NCBI GenBank assembly: GCA_965204375.1
Contig: OZ241986.1
Coordinates: forward strand, 5,504,001 to 5,568,000
DNA: 64,000 nucleotides
Direction of reading: 5' to 3'
From: Candidatus Latescibacterota bacterium
GTDB taxonomy: Bacteria > Latescibacterota > UBA2968
Shown here one piece after another: positions 46,185 to 56,448 of this stretch. Below the pieces are notes generated by a model that saw nothing but the letters and a program-made list of their open reading frames with translations, did no database searches and was not told the origin of the DNA. How positions within the stretch are numbered: position 1 is the stretch's first letter; each line of letters begins with the position of its first letter. The translations under genes were made by a program, and so were the position numbers.

Positions 46185-46667
46185 ATGAATCAGCTACTTG
46201 TGGATATGGCTGGTCCCGAACCGATGACCTCACAACAGGGGCCTGTTGAAGATCAAAGACAACAGCAGCTTGCAACTTGGCTGTGGGCAGCTTTTGAATC
46301 TGAGCCGCTTGAAGACGGAATGGATCATCCGGCCGAGGAGATCATTGAACAGGCATTGCATTCCAATGAAAGCCAGTGCGTTCTCGATGTGTTGAGAGCA
46401 CTCTCCTTGGACGTCGTGCATCCGAGTTTTGCGGCATCGGTTTTGCGTTGTCTCGGCCGACAACAAAATCCGGGGACAGATACTTGGCGCACCGATCTCG
46501 TGCGCGACGGCTTGGCTGTGGATGATGTGGAGATTAGAGATGCTGCGGTGTATGCAGCAGAGTGGTGGGGTGGCAGAGAGATGCGGAATGTGCTACAATC
46601 CCACTCTGAGTCGAAACCTTGGCTGCGAGATTATATTCGGGATGTGATTGAAGATTTGGGAGAGTAG
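46185..46667 (+). CDS. Hypothetical alpha-helical (HEAT-like) protein
   Basis: RBS GGAGG; DDVEIRDAAV HEAT-like segment; 3 nt gap to next ORF. Confidence 0.65.
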   Translation: MNQLLVDMAGPEPMTSQQGPVEDQRQQQLATWLWAAFESEPLEDGMDHPAEEIIEQALHSNESQCVLDVLRALSLDVVHPSFAASVLRCLGRQQNPGTDTWRTDLVRDGLAVDDVEIRDAAVYAAEWWGGREMRNVLQSHSESKPWLRDYIRDVIEDLGE

Positions 46668-46670
46668 GCG

Positions 46671-47189
46671 ATGTTCCTGGTTCGGAAGATCACACGTGCC
46701 AAGTGGGATTCCAACTCAGAGTTATCAGTGGGAGAGATTTCGGCTGATGCTGTGACCAGTGATCTCAGAACACAGAGAAATTCCTTATCCTTTTGGCGAT
46801 GTCGTACGGAGACAAATGGCGATGTCGCAGATGCCGCACTGGCGATCGCTGCAGCACGCGATCAGGTTGATACGATTGATATTGTTTGGCTTGATGAGGA
46901 TGAATTGCGGACTGATGACCAAAGGTTGAGTAGCTCCGAAGGACGAACACCTGTCACAGAATTGGTCGGGTTACATGTTGATGTGTACTGTCTCGATTAT
47001 GTTCGCCTTGGACAAATCGCACGCCGCATTGTTACAGCATTAGAAGAAAAACGATGTCTCAGAATTACGAGAGCACGAGTTAAGAGGCTCTTGGCGGAAG
47101 CAGTTGTGCAAGGACGGGTCAAACTTGCCGATCTCCAGACCAGTGTCCAAACGGAAGTGCAAAAGTCGCTTGATCCAGATACGTCTTGA
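46671..47189 (+). CDS. Hypothetical protein, possible ADP-ribosyltransferase-like fold
   Basis: RBS GGAG; N-terminal LVRK, ADAVTSDLRT, SLSFW, HVD. Confidence 0.65.
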   Translation: MFLVRKITRAKWDSNSELSVGEISADAVTSDLRTQRNSLSFWRCRTETNGDVADAALAIAAARDQVDTIDIVWLDEDELRTDDQRLSSSEGRTPVTELVGLHVDVYCLDYVRLGQIARRIVTALEEKRCLRITRARVKRLLAEAVVQGRVKLADLQTSVQTEVQKSLDPDTS

Positions 47190-47237
47190 CCAGAAAACCC
47201 ACGGCCTTTTGAAACCCTATCAGGTGGAGCCTGTTGA

Positions 47238-47322
47238 CACTAACCACTAACCACTGCCTTTCAGGACTTTTCCCATTACCCGTATGCGCCGTTTGCGCCA
47301 GAGAGGGACCACGCGCCGATGG
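47238..47322 (+). repeat. Degenerate duplicate of the hemB upstream region and first ~20 codons
   Basis: Matches 48180-48265; start codon ATG reads AGG in this copy. Confidence 0.85.
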
Positions 47323-47411
47323 CCTACGAAAAGTTGCATCAATCACAGGCTTGCAACCCAAACCTTAAATACTTTATCAAAACGATTGAGCTTTAAAAGG
47401 AGATATTCAAA

Positions 47412-47999
47412 ATGCCATTCTATCTATACAACAAAAATCCCATCAATGGGGGATTCTCAGAGTATATACAGGTGGGAGAAATTAGCCTTGCTGGTAGGAA
47501 TAATGTTATTTATGGATCCCTAACAGCGACAAATCAGTTGCAACAGAATCGAGGTCAAAATGCTGGGATTGGATGGCATTTGAGCGAATTCGACTTGCTT
47601 GGAACTGCCACAGAACAATATTTGAACGAGCCCGTCTTGGCTAATGAATACGCTATTGTAATTGATCTAAAGCCAAATGTTGCAAACAATGTATCACTCT
47701 ATGAAATAAAAGATATCTGGGGATTTTCCGATTCGGATTATACGCCAGTCGCCCTTAGGATAGAACTCCTTTTTGGTGATCATCATCACCAAAATCCTGA
47801 CGCTTTCAAGGAGAGGTTCATGGATGATAATTGCCCTAGAGACCAGGTACATGAATTTCTATATTTGCAAGGTGGATATGGTTCTGGAACATGGAATTGG
47901 GGACGAGTTGGGCTGGTCAATGGCGCGTTGCTTTGGCCAGATGCACTTGAGTTCTTTTGTAGAGAGATCCAAAACAGGATGCAAGGCGGAGTCCCGTAG
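47412..47999 (+). CDS. Hypothetical AT-rich protein
   Basis: 195 aa, RBS AAGGAGA; lies between the two hemB-start copies. Confidence 0.65.
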   Translation: MPFYLYNKNPINGGFSEYIQVGEISLAGRNNVIYGSLTATNQLQQNRGQNAGIGWHLSEFDLLGTATEQYLNEPVLANEYAIVIDLKPNVANNVSLYEIKDIWGFSDSDYTPVALRIELLFGDHHHQNPDAFKERFMDDNCPRDQVHEFLYLQGGYGSGTWNWGRVGLVNGALLWPDALEFFCREIQNRMQGGVP

Positions 48000-48058
48000 A
48001 TTAAATCAAGAAACTTATTGGTCTTTCAAAAAAATTTGCTGATATGTTTTTTCGATAG

Positions 48059-48130
48059 ACTGGATTGCGGCTTAAAGCATGCCGCAATGACAACCGCCGT
48101 TCGTCACTCCGGCGTAGGCCGGAGTCCAGT
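48059..48130. repeat. Pair of inverted REP-like palindromes
   Basis: ctggattgcggc..gccgcaatgac and gtcactccggcgtaggccggagtccag. Confidence 0.7.
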
Positions 48131-48204
48131 GAGTTTAGGCATGAAACTTATTTCAAAGACCAATAAAGCCGTTTTTTACCACTAACCACTAACCACTGAC
48201 TTTC

Positions 48205-49176
48205 ATGACTTTTCCCATTACCCGCCTGCGCCGTTTGCGTCAGAGTGAGACGACGCGTCGAATGGTGCGCGAAAATTATGTGCGCGTTGACGATTTGATT
48301 ATGCCCCTGTTTGTGTGCCCGGGCAGAGGCGTGAAGAAGGAAATCGGGTCTATGCCGGGCAACCATCAGATGTCGATAGATGTCATGGTTGAGGCGTGTA
48401 GAGAAATTGCTGATTTGGGCATTCCCGCGGTGATTCTGTTTGGGATTCCCGATCACAAAGACGCGCGGGGCAGTGGGGCTTTGTGCGATGATGGCATTAT
48501 TCAGCGTGCGATATCTGCGATTAAAGAAACTACGCCTGATCTCTATGTGATTACGGATGTGTGTTTGTGCGAATATACGGACCACGGGCATTGCGGTGTG
48601 ATTGTGGATAATGATGTGCATAATGATGAAACGGTTGATCTTCTCGTCGAGGAATCCCTTTCCCATGTTCGCGCGGGCGTAGATATGGTCGCGCCTTCCG
48701 ATATGATGGATGGCCGGGTTGGGGCTATTCGCTCGGCTCTGGATGCCCAGGGGTTTGACCATATACCGATTATGGCATATTCGGCCAAATACTGCTCGAG
48801 TTTTTACGGTCCATTTCGCGAAGCGGCAGAGTCCGCGCCGCAATTTGGCGACCGCCAGTCCTATCAGATGGATCCGGCAAATGGCGACGAGGCCATGCGC
48901 GAAGTGGCTCTGGATATCGAGGAGGGCGCGGATATCGTGATGATCAAGCCCGCATTGCCCTATCTGGATATTATTTACCGGGTGAAAACGGAGTTCGGCG
49001 TGCCGGTTGCCGCGTACAATGTCAGCGGCGAGTTTGCGATGCTCAAAGCTGCTTTCGCAAATGGCTGGCTGGATGAAGTTCGGGTGCGAGATGAGGTTCT
49101 GGTGAGTATTAAACGCGCAGGCGCAGATCTTATTCTGACCTACTTTGCGCGCGATATTGCGCGGGTGTTGAGGTGA
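48205..49176 (+). CDS. hemB: Porphobilinogen synthase (Zn-type)
   Basis: [39 protein letters not shown]. Confidence 0.97.
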   Translation: MTFPITRLRRLRQSETTRRMVRENYVRVDDLIMPLFVCPGRGVKKEIGSMPGNHQMSIDVMVEACREIADLGIPAVILFGIPDHKDARGSGALCDDGIIQRAISAIKETTPDLYVITDVCLCEYTDHGHCGVIVDNDVHNDETVDLLVEESLSHVRAGVDMVAPSDMMDGRVGAIRSALDAQGFDHIPIMAYSAKYCSSFYGPFREAAESAPQFGDRQSYQMDPANGDEAMREVALDIEEGADIVMIKPALPYLDIIYRVKTEFGVPVAAYNVSGEFAMLKAAFANGWLDEVRVRDEVLVSIKRAGADLILTYFARDIARVLR

Positions 49177-49184
49177 GAGGTTTT

Positions 49185-49604
49185 ATGGATATTACGATTG
49201 ATCGCATTATGCAGAATTTTGATGTTCTCTCAGATTGGGAAGATCGCTACCGGTATATTATTGAACTCGGTCGCAAGTTGCCGCCTTTTGATGAGGAATA
49301 CAAAATTGATGACAATCTGGTGCGGGGATGTGTGAGCCAGGTGTGGCTCGTAACCGATGTTCGAGATGGCGATCCCCCTGTGATCGAATTTCGCGCAGAT
49401 AGCGATGCGCAGATTGTCAAGGGGCTGGTCGCTATTTTGTTGTCGCTGTATTCGGGCAAGACCGCTCGAGAGATTCTCACGGCTGATATTCGAAGCATTT
49501 TTCAAAAGCTCGATCTCGCCAGACACCTGAGTATCAACCGCGCCAATGGCTTTGCCTCTATGGTCAAGCGCATTCACGAACTCGCGCTTGTCACAGCGGC
49601 ATAG
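49185..49604 (+). CDS. SufE family Fe-S sulfur acceptor
   Basis: WEDRYRYII, VRGCVSQVW, DSDAQIVKG, RANG. Confidence 0.9.
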   Translation: MDITIDRIMQNFDVLSDWEDRYRYIIELGRKLPPFDEEYKIDDNLVRGCVSQVWLVTDVRDGDPPVIEFRADSDAQIVKGLVAILLSLYSGKTAREILTADIRSIFQKLDLARHLSINRANGFASMVKRIHELALVTAA

Positions 49605-49610
49605 GAGGAC

Positions 49611-50618
49611 CTATCCCACCGACGCATTGGCCTGGCGCAGCAGGGATCTTATGTAGGAGATGCAGTATGCCAATCCCGCCCGGCGGTTTTCATCGTTTAT
49701 CAGTTTGGGAATGTGGTCGGGCATCAGGGGGCCGTTGAAACCGACCCTGCGCAGGGCCTGCATCACCTGCGCCATGTCCATATAACCGTCGTCTGGAAAG
49801 GTTTCTTCAAAATAGGGCATTGATGAACTCACATTTCGGAAATGCACTGCGGCGATTTTGCCTCTGCCTCCAAAATCCTGGATCATCTCAAAAACATCTT
49901 TGCCCATCTGGTCTCCGCCTTCCGACCATGTTCCCACGCAGAAGAGTAACCCCCAGTTCTCGCTTCTGTCAGTGATTTTCTCTGCTCGCCGGTACCCCTC
50001 ATAGTGCGTGATCAACTTGCCCACCCCGTTCATCATTTCGACTGGCGGATCGTCAGCGTGAAGTGCGAGGGTGATGTTTAGCTCTTCTGCTACAGGCAAT
50101 ACTGCCTTGATGAAATAGGTGTAATTATCCCAAATTTCCTCGGTTGTATAGGTTCTCTCGAACCGGTTCTTTTCCACTTGTGTCCTGAATATGTCGAGGT
50201 CAAATGCCCGCGCTGTGTATCCTCGACGTTCCACATGGTGGGTGGTATAGGTGTTGGCCGGATGAAAAGAGTGAAGGCACAGGGGAATGTCGAGGGCTGC
50301 AAGTGCGCGGATAAAGGTACGGTACGTCTCGATGTCTTCATCCCGTCCTGGCTGTCCCAACTGGATTTTGAGAGAGCGACCCGCACTGTGTCCGGCGCTG
50401 CAGATTCGGAGATCGTATTGTGCCAGCCGTTTCTGGACTTCTCTCATCTGATCCACGTCTGGGATTTGCGTTCGCCAGTGTACCTGCACCCAGGGAACGC
50501 CGATCTGTTTGAGAAAGAGCAAATCGTCGTCGGGTGCATTCCACGAGATCTGATGCGCCAGCTTGATATTGTCTGGATGGTATTCATCTACAAATGTGAC
50601 ACCTGTCTCATCTGCCAT
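49611..50618 (-). CDS. Mannonate dehydratase family (UxuA-like)
   Basis: ALHADDPP, FCVGT, HFRNV, MPDH. Confidence 0.85.
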   Translation of the reverse strand: MADETGVTFVDEYHPDNIKLAHQISWNAPDDDLLFLKQIGVPWVQVHWRTQIPDVDQMREVQKRLAQYDLRICSAGHSAGRSLKIQLGQPGRDEDIETYRTFIRALAALDIPLCLHSFHPANTYTTHHVERRGYTARAFDLDIFRTQVEKNRFERTYTTEEIWDNYTYFIKAVLPVAEELNITLALHADDPPVEMMNGVGKLITHYEGYRRAEKITDRSENWGLLFCVGTWSEGGDQMGKDVFEMIQDFGGRGKIAAVHFRNVSSSMPYFEETFPDDGYMDMAQVMQALRRVGFNGPLMPDHIPKLINDENRRAGLAYCISYIRSLLRQANASVG

Positions 50619-50653
50619 TTGACTATCCTTGCAAGCGCATAATTTATATGTTG

Positions 50654-51499
50654 TTAGACCATCAACGCGTTTTCCGCTTCTTTGCGGTGCATCAATAACG
50701 GACCGCGCACGCCGCGCTCAATTTTGGCATAAGCATCGTGGTTGTGGATGCTTTCATAGTTGTTGCTCGATACGTAAAACCAGGAGATGCGCTCTTCATC
50801 TATCATGGATAGAAGGTCTGTCGCCACATCGCGCACGATGTCTTCGACAAATTTGGGGTTGTTATATGCGCGCTCGGTTACGTATTTTTCATCTGTGCGT
50901 TTTAGAATGGGATAGAGTTGACACGACGCATGGTATTCGCCGATGTCGATCAAATCCTCAAACCAGATAAATTCATCCTCATAAGGCCGCACATCCATTG
51001 TGATTTCGGAACGTTGATTGTGCGCGCCGTAGTCGCTGATTTCTTTGCTGCAGGGGCAGAGGCTTGCCACGTTGGCACGCACGCCGATTAGCTTGTCTTG
51101 CAGGCCTTCATTTGTCAACATTGCCTTAAATTCACAGTTGTAGTCCAGCATGCCTTCAATGCCCGTGATAGGTGCTTTGCGGGTTAAAAAAATGGGAAAT
51201 GCCATACTGAGAAACGCTTCTTCTGCTTCCAATAATTCGAGCATTTCTTCGAGTACGATGTGTACGCTATCAGGTGTAAAGTGTTTGTGTTGCTCATTGA
51301 GTGCGATCATAAACCGCGACATGTGGGTTCCCTTTTGATGATGGGGCAAGCTCACGGTCATGGATAGATTGGCCACTGTGTGAAATTCGCCGTTATCGCG
51401 TAGCGGCAAGGTCAAGGGATAGCGCACATTGGATACACCAACTTGGTCGATTTCAATGCCGCGTTTGTCGTGTGAGTTTTGTATGTCGGGTAGTTCCAT
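50654..51499 (-). CDS. folE2: GTP cyclohydrolase IB (FolE2)
   Basis: LPDIQ, KGTHMSRF, LCPCSKEIS..GAHNQRS, NPKFVED, ESIHNHDA. Confidence 0.93.
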   Translation of the reverse strand: MELPDIQNSHDKRGIEIDQVGVSNVRYPLTLPLRDNGEFHTVANLSMTVSLPHHQKGTHMSRFMIALNEQHKHFTPDSVHIVLEEMLELLEAEEAFLSMAFPIFLTRKAPITGIEGMLDYNCEFKAMLTNEGLQDKLIGVRANVASLCPCSKEISDYGAHNQRSEITMDVRPYEDEFIWFEDLIDIGEYHASCQLYPILKRTDEKYVTERAYNNPKFVEDIVRDVATDLLSMIDEERISWFYVSSNNYESIHNHDAYAKIERGVRGPLLMHRKEAENALMV

Positions 51500-51558
51500 T
51501 CTGTTCTCCGTGGCGGAAATTTCTGACGAGTTCCGCCTAATATACCTCAAAATGCAAA

Positions 51559-51834
51559 ATGGTCAATCCTATAAAAATTGTCGATAGAATGCTTTCCATC
51601 ACTGCGTGTGTGCTTATCAAGAGCTATCAATATGTGCTGTCGCCCCTGATGCGCTTTTTTGCCATTGCGCCCAGTCCATGTCGCTATCATCCCACATGTT
51701 CGCACTACGCGCTTGAAGCTTTTCGCCAGCATCCCTTCCCGTATGCTCTTTTTCTTGCGATACGACGTATTTTGCGCTGTCGTCCGTTTGCCAGAGGTGG
51801 GTACGATCCGGTTCCTCCGCCTTCTGATCAATGA
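51559..51834 (+). CDS. yidD: Membrane protein insertion efficiency factor YidD
   Basis: [29 protein letters not shown]. Confidence 0.9.
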   Translation: MVNPIKIVDRMLSITACVLIKSYQYVLSPLMRFFAIAPSPCRYHPTCSHYALEAFRQHPFPYALFLAIRRILRCRPFARGGYDPVPPPSDQ

Positions 51835-51838
51835 CCTT

Positions 51839-52189
51839 CTATCTCGCCAACATCCTGCCCAGAGGTCGTCCGCCGAGCAGATGCATGTGGATGTGATATA
51901 CTTCCTGACCCCCGTTGCGATTGCAGTTGATGATGAGGCGATACCCGTCTTCTGCAATGCCCTCGTCTGCTGCGATTTTTGCCGCGACAGTTATCACGCG
52001 CCCGAGTGTGGGTTCGTCTTCTTTTGTTATGTCATTGACGGTTGGGATCAATTTATTTGGCACGATCAATACGTGGGTAGGTGCCTGGGGATTGATGTCT
52101 CGGAAAGCGGTTACCAGGTCGTCTTGATAGACGATGTCTGCGTTGATTTCGCGTCGGATAATTTTGCTAAAGATCGTTTCTTCGGCCAT
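51839..52189 (-). CDS. hinT: HIT family purine nucleoside phosphoramidase
   Basis: [31 protein letters not shown]. Confidence 0.92.
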   Translation of the reverse strand: MAEETIFSKIIRREINADIVYQDDLVTAFRDINPQAPTHVLIVPNKLIPTVNDITKEDEPTLGRVITVAAKIAADEGIAEDGYRLIINCNRNGGQEVYHIHMHLLGGRPLGRMLAR

Positions 52190-52376
52190 TGTTCTCTCCT
52201 TTTTTGGGTGTTTGCGAACGCAAAACTGTATGATAGGGAATAGGATGTGTTTTTGCCAACTGGATTTTGACTGTGTAATACAAATTTCTTGATGTTATAG
52301 AGGCAACACTGTATATTTCAACTTCTTGCCCGCCGCATGTTGGCGGTCTCATAACAAAAGATACTGGAGGTACGCT

Positions 52377-52541
52377 ATGGCTAAGCGACAGGGTAGCCGC
52401 ATAGGCATTAGAATGAAAAGTACAGAGAGTTCGCATTATTATCATACGGAAAAAAATCGACAGAATCATCCCGATCGTCTCGAACTAAAAAAGTTCGATC
52501 CCATACTGCGGAAGCGTGTGCTCTATCGGGAAGAGCGATAG
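52377..52541 (+). CDS. rpmG: 50S ribosomal protein L33 (no Cys, zinc-free type)
   Basis: [20 protein letters not shown]; RBS GGAGG. Confidence 0.92.
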   Translation: MAKRQGSRIGIRMKSTESSHYYHTEKNRQNHPDRLELKKFDPILRKRVLYREER

Positions 52542-52563
52542 ATATTGATAAGAGGATTTTTCC

Positions 52564-52806
52564 ATGGCCAGACGTTGTAGTATTACGGGAAGGGGACCGC
52601 TTAGTGGTCATCACGTGTCCCACTCCAAACGAAGAGTCAAGCGGGTGCAGAAACCCAATTTGAAGAGCAAGCGCATTTACGTTCCCGAACTGGGGCGCTT
52701 TGTGCGTATCAAACTCTCAGCCCGCGCATTGCGAACGGTGAATAAAAAAGGTCTTTTGCCGTATCTCAAAGATCGCGGTCTTTCAGTGGAGGAAGTTGCG
52801 TTATAG
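52564..52806 (+). CDS. rpmB: 50S ribosomal protein L28
   Basis: MARRCSITG, VSHS, KPNL. Confidence 0.93.
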   Translation: MARRCSITGRGPLSGHHVSHSKRRVKRVQKPNLKSKRIYVPELGRFVRIKLSARALRTVNKKGLLPYLKDRGLSVEEVAL

Positions 52807-52824
52807 TTAAAAATTAAATTTATA

Positions 52825-52978
52825 CTCTCGGATTCGGGTTGCAGTATAGGGAAAACGGTGAGAATCCGTTGCGGTCCCGCCGCTGTAACTGGGGATGTTT
52901 CTCGCACTATGCCACTGGTGAAAAACCGGGAAGGCGCGAGTAGCTCGAGACCCAGAAGCCAGAAGACCTGCCCGAATT
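52825..52978 (+). ncRNA. Cobalamin (AdoCbl) riboswitch
   Basis: agggaa..cggtgagaatccg..gcggtcccgccgctgtaa; gccactg..gggaaggc; B12 box agccagaagacctgcc; upstream of B12 uptake genes. Confidence 0.93.
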
Positions 52979-53061
52979 TCAGACCTTATTGATTTCCTCG
53001 TGGATTGGGAAAAAGGTGAGATAATGCGTGCGCTATGTGGTTTTGTCGCGTTTAGCTATGT

Positions 53062-53096
53062 CCCTGATTTCTACAAGGAAGTCGGGGATTTTTTTG
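53062..53096 (+). terminator. Riboswitch expression-platform terminator candidate
   Basis: tccctgatttc...gaagtcggggattttttt. Confidence 0.6.
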
Positions 53097-53106
53097 TGCG
53101 AGGTGT

Positions 53107-54210
53107 GTGTTGAATCTAAGAATATGGATGCAGATGATATGTTGTATCGGGGTTTGGACCATACCTGTCCAGGCGCAGTTGTCTTTGCAATATGCACAGG
53201 GTTTTCGCGTTGATTATTTCGATGCGTACAGGGTTGTAACAGTGCTCGCGCCCGAGAGAGGAACGCGGGAAGAGGTTCAGTATATCCTGGTGCAGCGCGG
53301 GCACGAGTCGCCCGATGGCTATGAAGGTGTTCCGAGAATAGAAGTTCCCGTGCGGACTTTGATTACGACATCTACGACGCATTTGCCACATGTCGAAAAG
53401 CTCGGTGAGGTGCATAGTCTGGTTGGGATTGATAATATCAAATATGTCAATTCAGAGGCTGTCAAACAGCGCTTTGCGGCGGGTGAGTTGGTCGAAGTTG
53501 GGCGAGATAGGGCTATTGATTTGGAAAAGGTTCTGGTGCTTCAACCCGATCTCGTTATGACAGACAATGCCTCTGTCGCGCTTCGTGAAGCGGGTGTACC
53601 TGTTGTTATTAATGCTGCATATGCGGAACCTTCGTTGCTGGGGCGCGTGGAGTGGATCAAATTTGTGGGTGCTTTTTTTCAGAAAGAAGAGCGGGCGTCG
53701 GCCCAATTTGATAGCGTTGTTGTGAGGTATGAGGCGCATAGAGCGTTGACCCAGAGTTTGCCAGCGGATAAGCGTCCCACTGTTTTTGTGGGGTCTCTCT
53801 GGCGTGGAACTTGGTTTATGTCAGGGGGCAATACCTATCCCGCGCAGTTGCTCAGGGATGCGGGGGCGAATTATCTGTGGGGAGATGATGATTCACGGCA
53901 GAGTTTGGCGCTTGATTTTGAAACGGTTTACGAAAAGGCACACGATGCGGATTGCTGGATTACGATGAGAAATGAGTGGTACTCTCGAGGCGATGTTGTC
54001 GCCGAGGATGAGCGGTACAAAAAATTCACGGCGTTTGAGGATGGTAATGTTTTCAATGCCAATGCGCGCCTCAATGCGCATGGGGGGAATGATTATTGGG
54101 AGACGGGGCTTATTGAGCCAGATGTTGTATTGGCTGATATTATTAAAATTTTGTATCCCGATTTGTTGTTGGATCATCAACTCAAGTACTATCGAAAGCT
54201 CGATCCATAG
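53107..54210 (+). CDS. Cobalamin/iron ABC transporter substrate-binding protein (BtuF-like)
   Basis: STTH, LQPDL, EPSLLGRVEWIK, DAGANY, NDYWE..PDVVLAD. Confidence 0.88.
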   Translation: MLNLRIWMQMICCIGVWTIPVQAQLSLQYAQGFRVDYFDAYRVVTVLAPERGTREEVQYILVQRGHESPDGYEGVPRIEVPVRTLITTSTTHLPHVEKLGEVHSLVGIDNIKYVNSEAVKQRFAAGELVEVGRDRAIDLEKVLVLQPDLVMTDNASVALREAGVPVVINAAYAEPSLLGRVEWIKFVGAFFQKEERASAQFDSVVVRYEAHRALTQSLPADKRPTVFVGSLWRGTWFMSGGNTYPAQLLRDAGANYLWGDDDSRQSLALDFETVYEKAHDADCWITMRNEWYSRGDVVAEDERYKKFTAFEDGNVFNANARLNAHGGNDYWETGLIEPDVVLADIIKILYPDLLLDHQLKYYRKLDP

Positions 54211-54213
54211 CTT

Positions 54214-56409
54214 ATGAATACGATGCGTTTTTTAATTGTGCTAATTCTCTGTGCGAATACGCCGCTTTGGGCAGCACAGATTGTTGGCCGCGTTACCGAT
54301 GCAGAGACCCGAATGCCCATCGCAAGTGTGCGTGTTCGAATTCTCAATACGGATTTTGTGACGCAGACGGATGAAGGGGGACGCTTTTCTTTTTCCGATC
54401 TGATGCCCGGTTCTTATACGCTTGTCATGACACATGTGGCTTACGATGTAGGGCAACGCACGGTTCGGGTGACCAAAATGGCTGAGGTTTTTATTGCGCT
54501 ATCACATAGGACGTTTTCTCTCGATGAGTTCTCGGTGATTGCCGATCCGATAGGAGCCAGTGATATTCACAGGAATCCGGCGTATGCGACGGTTATTACG
54601 CGCGAAAGTTTTGAGGGTAGAGAGACAACGTTGCCAGATGTATTGGCTGAGGCCACGGGTGTACACGTTAAGCGTCTCGGTGGGCTGGGTGCTTTTAGTA
54701 CGCTTTCGTTGCGCGGTTCATCAGCCGATCAGGTTGAGGTCTATCTCGATGGCATTTTGCTCAATACCGCTTTTGGTGGGGGGGTAGATCTCAGCAATTT
54801 GCCTTTGGCTCACGTCGGGCAGATTGAGGTGTATCGCGGTGCAGGTGCCGGGGGCAATGGTCTGGGGGGTACGGTGCATGTGCGTACGCGGCGGACGCAG
54901 AGACGATGGTTTCACGGGATTCGAGGGTCGTGGGGGGCTTTTGATACGCGTCTGCTGAGCGGTGTGTTCGCGGGCGGGTTTGGTCAGTCGGAGTTTCTCG
55001 TTGTGGCCGATTATGCACATAGCGATAACGATTTTGGATTTCTCGATGATAATGGGACGGAATACAATGACAGTGACGATGTTTGGAGCAGGCGTCAAAA
55101 TAACGATCATCGATCTTTTAATCTGCTGGGCAAATGGCGGCGCGCTTTTGGGGAGGATAGAATTTTATTCATTCACGAGTCCGCGTACTGGAAATATCAG
55201 GGTGTGCCCGGTATTAGCAATAATCAGTCGCAGAATGCCCATTTGGATGTTTTCCAAACGATGACGGAAGTCGCTTATGAGGATCGCGTTTTGTTGGGCG
55301 GGGTGAGTACGCGGCAATCGCTTTATGTGACGCATGTCAAAGAGCGGTTCCGCGATCTGGATGGCGAAATCGGGATTGGTCGCCAGGATAATGATTATCT
55401 CACGCGCACTTATGGGTGGCTGGGCCGTTTGCAAGCGGTTCTGTTTTCGCGCTGTGATATCGCGACAGCGATTGGGTTGCACAGGGAGACTTATTTGCCC
55501 ACGGCGCGCATCCGGTCTGTTGCCAGTTTGTTCGATAGTCAGCGGTGGGTTTTTTCCGCACGCGCGGGGTTGGATATTTCGCTGCCGGGTGAGATGGGTA
55601 TCTGGTCTTTTGGCGCGGAACAACGGCGGATATACAGTTCGTTTACCGGTGCGAATCCCTTTAATTTTTCGCCGCTCGCACCCGATTCGGCCAATACGCG
55701 CAGTCTGACCAGTCTGCGTTCGGGGGTGCGGTTAGATCTGGCATCCCATCTGATGTTTAAGGCCAATGCGGGACGCGTATTTCGCGTGCCTTCTTTTTAC
55801 GAGCTTTTTGGCGATCGCGGCGGCGTGGTCGGCAATGTCAATCTCAGGCCGGAGTATGGTTTGACCTGGGATGCAGGTCTGCGTTATGCAGATGGGATGA
55901 CTACTTTGGAAGGCGCGTTTTTTGACCATCGCTATGAGGATTTGATTCAGTTTGTTCACACGTCACAGGCTACGTCGCGTCCGGCCAATATTGGGAAAGC
56001 GCGTGTGTATGGTTTTGAAGTGACCGCGCAGAGACGCTTTGGTTCTCGGGGCGATTTGTCGGGGAATTACACGTATCAAAAGGCTACCGATAAGTCCAAT
56101 ATTCCCCATTTAGCTGGTAATATTTTGCCAAATCGCCCGCCACACGCGCTGTTTGTTCGCGCGACGATGCGTCTGGGACACTGTACTCTGTTTTACGACT
56201 ATGCGTTTGAAGATGGCAATTTTCTCGATCAGGCGAATCGACGTCCACTACTTTCGCGGCATGTTCACAATGCGGGTGTGAAAGTGGATACGAGGCTGCG
56301 ATTTCACGTTGGATTGGAGGTGAAGAATTTAACCGGGTCACAAATCGCCGATACCTGGGGTTATCCGCTGCCGGGGCGTGCGGTTTTTGTGAGTGTGAAT
56401 GCGGATTAA
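54214..56409 (+). CDS. TonB-dependent receptor, BtuB-like
   Basis: Plug SLRGS..QVEVYLDG, IEVYRG; NLRPE; YPLPGR; riboswitch context. Confidence 0.85.
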   Translation: MNTMRFLIVLILCANTPLWAAQIVGRVTDAETRMPIASVRVRILNTDFVTQTDEGGRFSFSDLMPGSYTLVMTHVAYDVGQRTVRVTKMAEVFIALSHRTFSLDEFSVIADPIGASDIHRNPAYATVITRESFEGRETTLPDVLAEATGVHVKRLGGLGAFSTLSLRGSSADQVEVYLDGILLNTAFGGGVDLSNLPLAHVGQIEVYRGAGAGGNGLGGTVHVRTRRTQRRWFHGIRGSWGAFDTRLLSGVFAGGFGQSEFLVVADYAHSDNDFGFLDDNGTEYNDSDDVWSRRQNNDHRSFNLLGKWRRAFGEDRILFIHESAYWKYQGVPGISNNQSQNAHLDVFQTMTEVAYEDRVLLGGVSTRQSLYVTHVKERFRDLDGEIGIGRQDNDYLTRTYGWLGRLQAVLFSRCDIATAIGLHRETYLPTARIRSVASLFDSQRWVFSARAGLDISLPGEMGIWSFGAEQRRIYSSFTGANPFNFSPLAPDSANTRSLTSLRSGVRLDLASHLMFKANAGRVFRVPSFYELFGDRGGVVGNVNLRPEYGLTWDAGLRYADGMTTLEGAFFDHRYEDLIQFVHTSQATSRPANIGKARVYGFEVTAQRRFGSRGDLSGNYTYQKATDKSNIPHLAGNILPNRPPHALFVRATMRLGHCTLFYDYAFEDGNFLDQANRRPLLSRHVHNAGVKVDTRLRFHVGLEVKNLTGSQIADTWGYPLPGRAVFVSVNAD

Positions 56410-56448
56410 GCAGATGAAAGTTTCTTTTTAACACAGGAGGAGGATGTA

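Noticed and set aside
52292-52309. Zur box upstream of rpmG (ATGTTATAGAGGCAACAC)
   Set aside because: Half-site spacing is one base off the proteobacterial consensus and the right arm is weak.
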